Source: an uncultured bacterium (GTDB taxonomy: Bacteria; Hinthialibacterota; Hinthialibacteria; Hinthialibacterales; Hinthialibacteraceae). From it: a stretch of DNA of 53,553 nucleotides. The notes under the pieces were generated by a model. It was given only the letters and a program-made list of their open reading frames with translations. It was not told the DNA's origin and made no database searches. The stretch is taken from the NCBI GenBank assembly GCA_964606645.1, contig CAZSIZ010000003.1:1-53553 (forward strand), given 5' to 3'. Positions within the stretch are counted from its first letter, which is position 1, and each line of letters starts with the position of its first letter. A program made the translations under genes and the position numbers. Shown here piece by piece: positions 31,354 to 40,262 of this stretch.

Positions 31354-32385
31354 CTAACTCAATCCCGATGTCGGCTGCGGCACGCATTCCAAAAGACGGT
31401 CAATAATATTCTCAACACTGACATGATCCGCCTCGGCGCGGAAATTGATCAGAATGCGATGGCGCAGCACCGGCGCGGCCACAGCACGGATATCGGCGCA
31501 GGAAACGTGATAGCGGCCTTCCAGCAGCGCGCGGGCTTTCGCCGCCAGGATCAGATTTTGAGAGCCGCGAGTCCCCGCTCCCCAGCCGACCCAATTGCGC
31601 ACGAACTCCGGCGGGTCCGGTTCCGACGGGCGGCTGGTTTGAACCAGCTGCACGGCGTACCGGGCGACCGGTTCGGCGATCGGAACCATCCGCACCAGCC
31701 GAGCGAATTCAAGCATATCGCCGCCGGTGAAAACCGGGTTCAACTGAAAGTCCTGGACGGCGGTCGTCTGAGTGACCACCTCCAGTTCGTCGTCTTCACT
31801 CAGATAATCGATGTCGATGTTGAACATGAATCGGTCCAGCTGCGCTTCGGGCAGCGGGTAGGTCCCTTCCAGTTCGATGGGATTTTGGGTGGCGAAGACG
31901 TAAAACGGCTGATCCAATGGTCGAACTTCTCCCGCCACCGTAACCTGCTTCTCTTCCATCGCTTCCAGCAAGGCCGCCTGAGTCTTAGGCGGCGTGCGGT
32001 TGATTTCGTCGGCGAGGAGAATATTTGTGAAAACGGGGCCGGGGATAAAGCGCATTTCCCGGTGTCCCGTGGCGCGGTCTTCGTCGATGATTTCCGTTCC
32101 GATGATGTCGGACGGCATCAAGTCGGGTGTGAACTGGATGCGCTTGAATTTCAGGTCCACGATCTGGGCGATCGACCGGATCAGCCGGGTTTTGGCCAGG
32201 CCGGGCGCACCGGTGATCAACGCGTGGCTGCCGGTGAAGAGAACGATCAGCATCTGCTCGATGACTTCGTCCTGGCCGACGATGGACCGGCGCAATTCTT
32301 CAAGCAGGCGTTCGCGTCCGTCACGCAGTTTATTCAACGCCTCTTCTTCGGATGGAGTTTGCATCGTTTGCGTTTCGTTCTGCAC
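31354..32385 (-). CDS. moxR: MoxR family AAA+ ATPase
   Basis: Walker A GAPGLAKT, RIQFTPDLMPSD, Walker B LADEINR, ATQNPIE.EGTYPLPEAQLDRF. Confidence 0.96.
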   Translation of the reverse strand: MQNETQTMQTPSEEEALNKLRDGRERLLEELRRSIVGQDEVIEQMLIVLFTGSHALITGAPGLAKTRLIRSIAQIVDLKFKRIQFTPDLMPSDIIGTEIIDEDRATGHREMRFIPGPVFTNILLADEINRTPPKTQAALLEAMEEKQVTVAGEVRPLDQPFYVFATQNPIELEGTYPLPEAQLDRFMFNIDIDYLSEDDELEVVTQTTAVQDFQLNPVFTGGDMLEFARLVRMVPIAEPVARYAVQLVQTSRPSEPDPPEFVRNWVGWGAGTRGSQNLILAAKARALLEGRYHVSCADIRAVAAPVLRHRILINFRAEADHVSVENIIDRLLECVPQPTSGLS

Positions 32386-32400
32386 GTCAACCTCGTAGAT

Positions 32401-32487
32401 TAGGGTATAGGATCTAGGGTTTAGGGTCTTTTGTGACCGTTTTGTGATTGATGGTACAAGACCCTAACCCCTAAACCCTAGACCCTG
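32401..32487. repeat. Inverted heptamer array (TAGGGTN)4 - spacer - (NACCCTA)4
   Basis: Left arm 32401-32430, right arm 32458-32487, imperfectly complementary. Confidence 0.85.
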
Positions 32488-32489
32488 CT

Positions 32490-33359
32490 TTAATGCGTCA
32501 TGGCATACACGACGATATTGATTCCTAGAGGGTACGCCTTTTTCTTTGAAAATTCATCGAAATAGATCGGGTTCCGGGCTTCTTCTTCCCAGCCGTCTCC
32601 CAGGTCGGTGTTATGCAGGACCACCGCCATTAACCGCCCTTTTTTATCGAACACGCCTTTGCAACTGGGGATTCGGCTGTCCTCGCCACGTTCGGACGTT
32701 CCCCCGCCCGTCCCGTACCAATATCCTATGCCGGGGATTTGGGGCACTTCTTCGATGTCGAAGACGATGTGAAAGATTTCGTGATCCAGGGGGATATCGA
32801 TCATTGGATATTCGTCCGGCGGGAAGACTTTGCTGAATTCGTATTCCCAGTTCGCCCAGGCTCCCGATCCCCAGAAATCGTCCACCATCAAAAAACCGCC
32901 CCGTAGAAGGTAGTCCCGAAGTTGGGCCGCCTCATCCTCCGAAAAAAACAATCCCCCCACTTCCAGCATATAAGCGAAGGGATAGTGATAGAGGTCTTCG
33001 TCCAGCAGATCGACGCAGACGTGTTTGATCCGTCCGTCCTTGGTGCGGTTGATCTCGATCGTGGTCAGTTCCGACAGGCGTAGAGGGAAATTCAGGTCGG
33101 ATTCCGGGTAGTCGGTCCGCCAGCTCCCCCAGCCCCCGCGCCTTCCACCACCCCCGCCGAATAGGCCCCCCTCCCGCCTGCCCAGGCTTTTGTAGGCCAT
33201 CCGGCAGAAACTAAAAGCGTTGCCGGGGAAGATATCCCGTTCGGGCGCTTGGTAATCGCGGCCTCTTCGCCCCCAGTATTGCGCGGAAGCATCCTGCGGC
33301 AGCATCTCGATTGCTGTCAGGAATAGAATAAAAACGAGCGTTCGAATCAGTCGGTTCAT
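32490..33359 (-). CDS. Secreted DUF4159 family protein
   Basis: W.TDYP..D, YPF.Y, LRDYLLRGGFLMVDDFWG, NTDLGDGWE, GINIV.YAMTH; likely start 33359. Confidence 0.9.
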   Translation of the reverse strand: MNRLIRTLVFILFLTAIEMLPQDASAQYWGRRGRDYQAPERDIFPGNAFSFCRMAYKSLGRREGGLFGGGGGRRGGWGSWRTDYPESDLNFPLRLSELTTIEINRTKDGRIKHVCVDLLDEDLYHYPFAYMLEVGGLFFSEDEAAQLRDYLLRGGFLMVDDFWGSGAWANWEYEFSKVFPPDEYPMIDIPLDHEIFHIVFDIEEVPQIPGIGYWYGTGGGTSERGEDSRIPSCKGVFDKKGRLMAVVLHNTDLGDGWEEEARNPIYFDEFSKKKAYPLGINIVVYAMTH

Positions 33360-33360
33360 A

Positions 33361-36000
33361 TCAATTGAGTTTATCATCCCGTTCGACGATCGTCAGCAGC
33401 AAACGCTGCGCATCCCAGAAATGAGGGAACTCCTCCAGCAGTTGGATCGTATCGGATTTCGCCTCGTTCCATCGTTTCAGTTGAATCAAAATCTCAATGG
33501 CTTGCAGGCGGTGTTCCATCCGGCGGGAGGGATCGAGTTCGGTCAGCTGCCGCACGATGGATAACGCTTCAACGCTTTTATCGCTGTGAAGATAACTTTC
33601 GGCCAAGGTTTTTCTCAGCCCCGTATCGAATGGATCGATCCCCAGCGCCAGATCGGCCACGTTGGCGATCTCTTTCCAATCGCGATCTTCGCTTAACAGT
33701 GTAAGCAACCGGCGGCACTCGGAAAGCGCCGTCGCGTCCCATTCGGTAATCCGTTTCAAAGTCTCAATCACACGATCCCGTTTTCCCCAACGCTCGTACA
33801 CCTGTGCGAGTTGCCGGAGGGGCGCGTCTTCGCCCTGGTAATCGGGGAACAATTCATGAGCGGTCTGGAGCGCATGTTCAGCCTCTTCCCAGCGTTCTTC
33901 GGAAACGTGTTTCATCCCTTCGCGCATCGCGTCGGTGAATGGTGAAGATCGCTCGATCCACCGTTCGTTGGTTTCGGTTTTTTTAAAAATCCGCTCCAGG
34001 AGATTCGACGCGCCATCCGGTTTCGATTGAACCGCCGGAAGGTTTCGATAGGCGGATAGCCGCTCACCCAGGTGTTTTTTGAATGTCTGGTCGATTTTCT
34101 CCACCGATGAGTCGCTGGCCTGTGCCAAGGATTCGTTGGCTTTCTCTCCTTTGCCAATTCGATCCAGCGCTTCCCGCATCGCTTCGATCCCGTAAGTGTC
34201 GATGTAAAACTCGACGAACTCCGCAGCCAGCAGATAGCCCAACATGAGGTGCTGCGGAGTTTTGGGCTGGGTAAAGAAACGTTCCAACTCCGTCAGGCCG
34301 GGCGGCGATTTCAAATCCAGGATGGTTTTATACTGGATGTCCATCGTCTGCCCCCAGGCCGGTAAGCGCTGGGTCTCTTCGTAAACGGAAATGCCCTCGG
34401 AAAGCCAGCGCGGCATGAGGTTGTTCGTTTTTTGCAGCGTGATCGCATGGACGAATTCGTGCCAGAGCACCGACCGCCAGTTCGCGGTCTCCTTGAGTCG
34501 GGCCGAGGGTGAATCCATCGTGACCAGCCGCCCGAAGCAGATTCCGAGAAACCCGGTGTTGCCGGGCAGCCCCAGAGAACGCACCATGAAATCGTCGTGA
34601 TCGTCGAATATTTGAATGTGGACGGGCGTTTTGAGTTGGATATCGTATTTCTCTTGATAGGTCTCGTAGGCTTCCATCAGCAGGTTCAGCGCGTCCTCGG
34701 CGATAACATCCTTTTCGGAGGAAGGCAGGCGCAGCACAAACGGTCCCCGCTCCACTTGGGCAAACGTCTCAAGCGAATCCAGCAGTTTGAGCATGTTGTA
34801 GACATGAACGTTATATGGATCCGCCTTGAACGCCGTTTCCAACAACTGGCGGCCTTCGTCTTCCTCTCCGAGCCGGAGCAGATCGAGCGCCAGCAAGGTT
34901 CGCGCTTCGTTGTCGTCTGGATTGGCAAGCAATGCCCGGCGTTGAAATTCGACCCCTTCTTCAAAACGGTAATTCCTCGACGCGATACGGCCTGGAACCC
35001 GAAAGACGCCGGAAGCGTGGGGATTGAACTGGATCGTGTCCTCCTGAATGCGTTTCATTTCGTCTGAATCACCGTTCAGAAAATACGCCGCCGTTTGCAG
35101 AGAACGCAGGGGGATATAATGGGGATTGACCGTCAGCGCCCGGTTCGTGATCTCCAACGCTTCGTCCATTTCCCCGCTTTCCAGTAAAAGTTCCGCTTGA
35201 ATGGATATTCCCTTGAACGAATTCGGATTGAGTTCGAGGAGTTTCGTCAACGGTTCCTGAACGCGGGGGTCGCTCGCTTTCCAGTAACACTCGGCCAATC
35301 CCGCCAGCGCCTCCTGGTTATTCGGCTTCAAGTTGAGCGCGCTGGTGTAATATTTTTCGGCCAGATCGTACGCTTTATGCCGAAGCGAAAGGCCGCCCGC
35401 TCCACTGTATCCCGGCGCGAACGTAGGAGCCTGTTCCATCAGCACAGTATAAATCGTAGCCAGCAGTTGTTTTGGATTTTCACCCCGTAATTCCGCGATC
35501 CTTGCAATAGCCAATAGATTGTATTCCTGGGTGTGGTAACGCCATCGGTTGTTTTCCAAGACGGCCCGCTCAAGTGTTTCCTTGTAATCATCCAATCGCC
35601 CCCGATCCCGGTAACGCTGAGCGAGGCGCAGCAGAAACGCAGGCTCCGGATTGCTTTCGACGACCCACTCCAAGTCTGTTATGGCATCGTCCACTTCACC
35701 GATAGCGAAACGCAGTTCAGAGCGATCCGATATCCACCGAACGTACCGGTAGATGCGTGAGTTCAGCAGTTCCGGCCTGGATTCCATCAGCTGCTTCTGG
35801 GTTTCGAGCGCCTTGCGGTATTCCCCCCGTTCCCATTCCTCATAGTAGTTTTCAGTGATTGAAGAGATATATCCAACCGGCTGTCCATTCGCGTGACGAA
35901 CGGTCTCCCCGGTCAGAAACAGAAGGATGCCTGCAAAGAGCGTCAATCGGGCCGCTCTCTGTATCGTACTCATCATCAAGTGTTGGGGCCGTCGAATCAA
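33361..36000 (-). CDS. TPR-repeat protein with gluzincin (peptidase MA-like) domain
   Basis: Multiple TPRs; HEFVH...PRWLSEG zinc motif; N-terminal hydrophobic signal (start may be ATG 35976/35973). Confidence 0.88.
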   Translation of the reverse strand: MIRRPQHLMMSTIQRAARLTLFAGILLFLTGETVRHANGQPVGYISSITENYYEEWERGEYRKALETQKQLMESRPELLNSRIYRYVRWISDRSELRFAIGEVDDAITDLEWVVESNPEPAFLLRLAQRYRDRGRLDDYKETLERAVLENNRWRYHTQEYNLLAIARIAELRGENPKQLLATIYTVLMEQAPTFAPGYSGAGGLSLRHKAYDLAEKYYTSALNLKPNNQEALAGLAECYWKASDPRVQEPLTKLLELNPNSFKGISIQAELLLESGEMDEALEITNRALTVNPHYIPLRSLQTAAYFLNGDSDEMKRIQEDTIQFNPHASGVFRVPGRIASRNYRFEEGVEFQRRALLANPDDNEARTLLALDLLRLGEEDEGRQLLETAFKADPYNVHVYNMLKLLDSLETFAQVERGPFVLRLPSSEKDVIAEDALNLLMEAYETYQEKYDIQLKTPVHIQIFDDHDDFMVRSLGLPGNTGFLGICFGRLVTMDSPSARLKETANWRSVLWHEFVHAITLQKTNNLMPRWLSEGISVYEETQRLPAWGQTMDIQYKTILDLKSPPGLTELERFFTQPKTPQHLMLGYLLAAEFVEFYIDTYGIEAMREALDRIGKGEKANESLAQASDSSVEKIDQTFKKHLGERLSAYRNLPAVQSKPDGASNLLERIFKKTETNERWIERSSPFTDAMREGMKHVSEERWEEAEHALQTAHELFPDYQGEDAPLRQLAQVYERWGKRDRVIETLKRITEWDATALSECRRLLTLLSEDRDWKEIANVADLALGIDPFDTGLRKTLAESYLHSDKSVEALSIVRQLTELDPSRRMEHRLQAIEILIQLKRWNEAKSDTIQLLEEFPHFWDAQRLLLTIVERDDKLN

Positions 36001-36201
36001 AATAGAGTCACCTGCAAGCCAATATTCATTTAAACGATGATTTCCCGATATTATTCGTGTTTTTTCTCATAAAAACAAATCGTAAACCGAAAAAGTAAAA
36101 TTGGCTATGTACTTTCAGCCTCAGAAGTTGAATATAGATATGAAATGGAGAAGAATAGAGTCGAAAAGACGAAGAGGAACGAAGATGAAAAAGGGAGCGA
36201 G

Positions 36202-38316
36202 TCAATGGTCGGCCCAATGAAGGACGTCCGTTGAATCAAGTATCAGATCGAAGACATCCAGGCCGAATTTGCTTCTCGACTTGTACAAGCGGTTCCCAGA
36301 AAGCGCCGTCCCCCCGCTAACGCTGCCGCCGCTTGATGGTATCCGGGCACATTCAACGGAATTTCCTTCCGGATCGACTTGATAGAAAACAATGGTGTCC
36401 GAATTCACCAATCCCAACACATTCTGATACCAGAATCCATACCAGGCCTTGGGGAATGGGACGGGCTTGTAGGGAACGGGATTCTTCGGGTCGCGAAAAT
36501 CGACGATGCCCGATCGATCCCATCCGGCGTAACCGAGCATGCCGTCATGAACCGCGAGATCGATGAACGACAGAGAATCTTCTCCTTGATTCACTTCAAC
36601 CTGAGAGAGTAAGAGAGGCTGCTGTGGATTCTCCAATGAATAGAGGAAAAGATAATCATAATATTTAAAGGGAGGGGTGTCTTCCGAGTAGTCTCTCACC
36701 GATTCGGTTTTTGAAAAATATAAATGATCTCCGCTCAGGCATAGGCGAGTGGAATTTTTTTGGATTTCAATTTTTGCTTCAGGCACAGAAGAAATGACCG
36801 AACCGGAACGGGAGAATATCCAAAGATCCGTCCTGGAAACGTCATGCCCTTGATAGGACATTGCCACGATAAACAGATCGCGATTCCACACGATTGGCCC
36901 GAAGAGAGAGAAATTTTCATCATCGGTCGGAAGAAAGGGTAAAACGACAGGCGGTCCGACCAAGCCATTGTCCAAAATTTCGTAAAACGTCCTATCCGTG
37001 TTTGAGAAGATTCCGACCAAAGAATGATGGGCCTCGATGTAAGTGTATCGTTCTTCCGGCAGAACGATTCGATCCACTTCTTTGATATCGGAAGGAACAG
37101 CCCCATCCAGCGTCAGCAAAATGTTTCTACCGTTCTCATCCTTATATTTGGAATAAATGTATTGCCCATTCGCGGCAATCCCGCCAGGTTGGAATGACGT
37201 TTTCGCGGAGACCGCAACCTGCCGGGGATTCTTCGGATCGCGGATATCGTAAGCCCCAACTGAAGATTGGTTGCTGTGAATCAAAAACTCCGGCCCCAAG
37301 GCGAATCTCCATACAGGATAAGAAATCGTTGACGCCTTCTCGTAGGCAGGTCCGATTTTCTGATAGAGGTCAAGCGCATTCTCAGGATCGTCTGGGTTGG
37401 GCAATGCAATCAGCGAATCGAACATCGCCGCAATGGTATTACTCCCGAATCCACAATTGAATTTCTGAATTATTTTCGGTTGGTCCCGCTGGCTCCAATC
37501 CGTCAAAACGGCTTCCATTTTCAAGTGCGAAAAGCCCATCGTAATGAGCAGTAGTTTTGAGGCATTTTTGATACTAAAAAAATAAGGATTTCTAGGGCTG
37601 TCAAGCCAACGATTCTCTGAAAGCACGAGTTCGTTACTGTTTGAAATCCACCCGGAAGTCATAAAGGGCGTGCCTCGTCCATTCGAATAATAGAAATTAC
37701 CATCCATGATTTCTAAGTTATTGATCCGGACATCTTCAGGAATGGGGTATCGGGATGTTTCCCCGGCGATGGGTTGTACGACCAATTCCGAAATGTCCCC
37801 GTCAGCCACCATATAGATCGTCTCTCCCTCCAAGGCCTTCTCCCTCACTTTCCCAATATTCGGGATCGTTCCACGATAGGTCACTTGTTGAGTTTTCGCA
37901 TGATCGATAACGATGTATTCGAGAGCGTCATCACCTTGGTAAAGCAAAACGGTGATATTGTCGTTCGACAGGCCTCCCCGCATAACAAGACTTTCAGATA
38001 AATTCGATTGTCCGTCATCAAGATGAATCGAAAACGCTTCGAGCAATTCGCCCTGGCTGGCCTCAAAATAGCGGATGATTCGCTTTCTCTCCTCCCGCCC
38101 TATCAGTACATAGTATGGCTCCGCATACAGAATATTTTCGACTGCGATCGTATCCGCTTCACCTGAGTAATTTCCTAAATACTCTACAGTCAGCGGTTGG
38201 ATCGAAGCGGCGTCATTGTGAACCAGCGCTGAAAACAGGACCAGAATCGAAACGAAAACCAACCTTGACTTGAGGCACAATGGAAAGCCTGTTACCTGAA
38301 CGAGTGTTGAATTCAT
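36202..38316 (-). CDS. Secreted LVIVD-like beta-propeller repeat protein, C-terminal TDVLHWADH motif
   Basis: Repeats YDIRDPKNPRQV, YSLENPQQPLLL, VDFRDPKNP, GLDVFDL; start 38316 after AGGAG; hydrophobic N-terminus. Confidence 0.78.
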   Translation of the reverse strand: MNSTLVQVTGFPLCLKSRLVFVSILVLFSALVHNDAASIQPLTVEYLGNYSGEADTIAVENILYAEPYYVLIGREERKRIIRYFEASQGELLEAFSIHLDDGQSNLSESLVMRGGLSNDNITVLLYQGDDALEYIVIDHAKTQQVTYRGTIPNIGKVREKALEGETIYMVADGDISELVVQPIAGETSRYPIPEDVRINNLEIMDGNFYYSNGRGTPFMTSGWISNSNELVLSENRWLDSPRNPYFFSIKNASKLLLITMGFSHLKMEAVLTDWSQRDQPKIIQKFNCGFGSNTIAAMFDSLIALPNPDDPENALDLYQKIGPAYEKASTISYPVWRFALGPEFLIHSNQSSVGAYDIRDPKNPRQVAVSAKTSFQPGGIAANGQYIYSKYKDENGRNILLTLDGAVPSDIKEVDRIVLPEERYTYIEAHHSLVGIFSNTDRTFYEILDNGLVGPPVVLPFLPTDDENFSLFGPIVWNRDLFIVAMSYQGHDVSRTDLWIFSRSGSVISSVPEAKIEIQKNSTRLCLSGDHLYFSKTESVRDYSEDTPPFKYYDYLFLYSLENPQQPLLLSQVEVNQGEDSLSFIDLAVHDGMLGYAGWDRSGIVDFRDPKNPVPYKPVPFPKAWYGFWYQNVLGLVNSDTIVFYQVDPEGNSVECARIPSSGGSVSGGTALSGNRLYKSRSKFGLDVFDLILDSTDVLHWADH

Positions 38317-38591
38317 GAGGTTCTCCTGACGTGTTAAGTCGAAATAACCCAGATGAAACGAGAATCTGAAACAATACATTTAGGGGGATTGATAATACTA
38401 TATAACATATTTGATTTTGTCAGATATTTTTACACCTCGCTGGATCGAAAAACTCTAACCGGCTTGATCGACAGAGGTTATAGACCATCATATTTCTATC
38501 CTTGCTTAGTACGCCAATTCATAATCATCCCAAAGAATCAATACTCCATTTAGAATTATCGAAGGTTCCTCAAATTGAACTAAATTTTTAT

Positions 38592-38618
38592 TAAAGAAAA
38601 CATTTCATTGGCCGATAA
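38592..38618 (+). promoter_or_regulatory. Sigma28 (FliA) promoter
   Basis: TAAA(38592-95)-N15-GCCGATAA(38611-18), exact consensus with correct spacing. Confidence 0.8.
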
Positions 38619-38689
38619 AAAGGACGAAAGCCGGAAATGGTGTTTTTGCGATAATCTTTTCATTTTGTTGAGTTGTGGGCGGTATCATA

Positions 38690-39844
38690 ATGCTCTCTCC
38701 CCGTATATTACCCATCCTTCAAGCACAGCAGTCCGAGTTTGGTGCGATCCAGAACGAGAATCGAAACCAGCCAGCGCGTGGTGATCCGGATTCTGCGAAT
38801 ACCCAAAATCAGCGGGAAGCAGTCAATCCAGTCAGAGAAGAGATTCGAGCCACCAGCCGGGACCGTATCACCCTCTCCCAGCAGTCGATCGAGCTGGTTT
38901 CACGGGAAAATCTGGATGCTGACGATTCCATCGAAACAACCACTGACACGCTATCATCGGATCAATTGGAAACCCTATTCAGTCAGTTTCGTCAGTTCAT
39001 ACCGGCATCGGGAAGTGCGGAAATTCCTTCCGCTTTACCCGGCTCCGCCAGTATTCGTTTATCATCAGCGTCGGACCTTCAGGCGTATGTGGAACTGATT
39101 CGTCTCTTTTCCGAAGATAAAGAGACGTTCAATGATTTTCTCGCCCGAATCGACGCCTACCTGAATCGGTCACAACAGGAATCCGCTTCTTCATCCATCG
39201 ATATTTCCACTCAAATCAGTGAACATTACCGCGCCGAAATCGAAGCACGCGTTTCCCAACAGGTTTCCAGCGGTGACGATCGAACCGTTCGGCGTATTCA
39301 AGTCTTAACGACAAATGAAGAAATCATCCAGGCCGAGATGCGGCAAGGCGATCCCCTCGTATTCGATCTGGACGATGACGGGCTGGAAATAACACGCGTC
39401 GAGGAGGGGGTGCTGTTCGATCTTGCGGGCAGCGGCCAGCGCAAGCAAACGGCATTCACTTACGGCGGCGACGCGTTTCTCGCTCTCGACCGGAACGCAA
39501 ATGGCCAAATCGACAGCGGGAAGGAACTCTTCGGCGAACATCATGGAGCCGCCGATGGATTCGATGAACTAAGCAAGTTCGACGAGAACGGCGATGGGCA
39601 GATCGATTCGAAAGACGCGATTTTCGATCGATTGCGGCTCTTTGCCGACGAGAACCGCGATGGAATCTCCCAAGACAACGAATTAGTCACCCTGATCGAA
39701 CAGGGCATCCGCTCGATATCGCTCGAACGAAAAGAGCAGAACCAGAACATCTCCGGCAATCGGTTATCGGCGATCTCTCATTACTCACGCCAAAACGGTT
39801 CGCGAGGCCTGATTGGCGACCTATTCCTCAACTACATCGTCTAA
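38690..39844 (+). CDS. Protein with C-terminal FrpC-like Ca2+-dependent self-processing module (Asp-Pro)
   Basis: GDPLVFDLDDDG, LALDRNANGQIDSGKELFG, FDENGDGQIDSKD, DENRDGISQ..EL..L...GI.SISL; no Sec signal. Confidence 0.8.
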   Translation: MLSPRILPILQAQQSEFGAIQNENRNQPARGDPDSANTQNQREAVNPVREEIRATSRDRITLSQQSIELVSRENLDADDSIETTTDTLSSDQLETLFSQFRQFIPASGSAEIPSALPGSASIRLSSASDLQAYVELIRLFSEDKETFNDFLARIDAYLNRSQQESASSSIDISTQISEHYRAEIEARVSQQVSSGDDRTVRRIQVLTTNEEIIQAEMRQGDPLVFDLDDDGLEITRVEEGVLFDLAGSGQRKQTAFTYGGDAFLALDRNANGQIDSGKELFGEHHGAADGFDELSKFDENGDGQIDSKDAIFDRLRLFADENRDGISQDNELVTLIEQGIRSISLERKEQNQNISGNRLSAISHYSRQNGSRGLIGDLFLNYIV

Positions 39845-39928
39845 TCCCGACCCAGACAATATTATCTTTTTCGATACAGTCTTTCTATCATCCTTTTTTA
39901 TCAGAATGCTGTTCCAGCACTTCGTTTC

Positions 39929-40010
39929 CTGGATGGTCTGGATTTAAGGATGAACAGGATAAAGATATTTTTTCAAACATCCTGAATATCCTTCCATCCG
40001 GGGTATCCTG
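39929..40010. repeat. Inverted GGAT/ATCC periodic repeat hairpin
   Basis: GGAT at 39931/39940/39948/39957 and ATCC at 39979/39988/39996/40005 (9-8-9 spacing on both arms). Confidence 0.8.
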
Positions 40011-40262
40011 ATTCTGACAAAAATTTTCGCGTCGCGCCTTCGAAAGCGTTATCGGTTGGAATCAATACTCCAAACCATACATCGGCTATCGGTAAAACTC
40101 CAAACCCGACACTTTGAACGATCACACCATTGGCATCATCCGTGTTCCCGAAAAATCATTTCGGATCGGCAACCCATTTCCGATTCAACGTTGACATTTG
40201 CTATCTTCATCGACAACATTGAAGAATCACGTAAATTCACAGTATGAGGAGGAACATCGAAT

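Noticed and set aside
31423-32403. 326-aa antisense ORF over moxR, and similar long shadow ORFs (1384-2172, 9395-10099, 44119-44943)
   Set aside because: Typical antisense shadows of GC3-rich genes with no recognisable motifs
32401-32487. Eukaryotic telomere (TTTAGGG) contamination
   Set aside because: Only four degenerate units per arm, inverted, inside a bacterial operon spacer
39929-40010. CRISPR array
   Set aside because: Units are 8-9 bp with no spacers; no cas genes in the window
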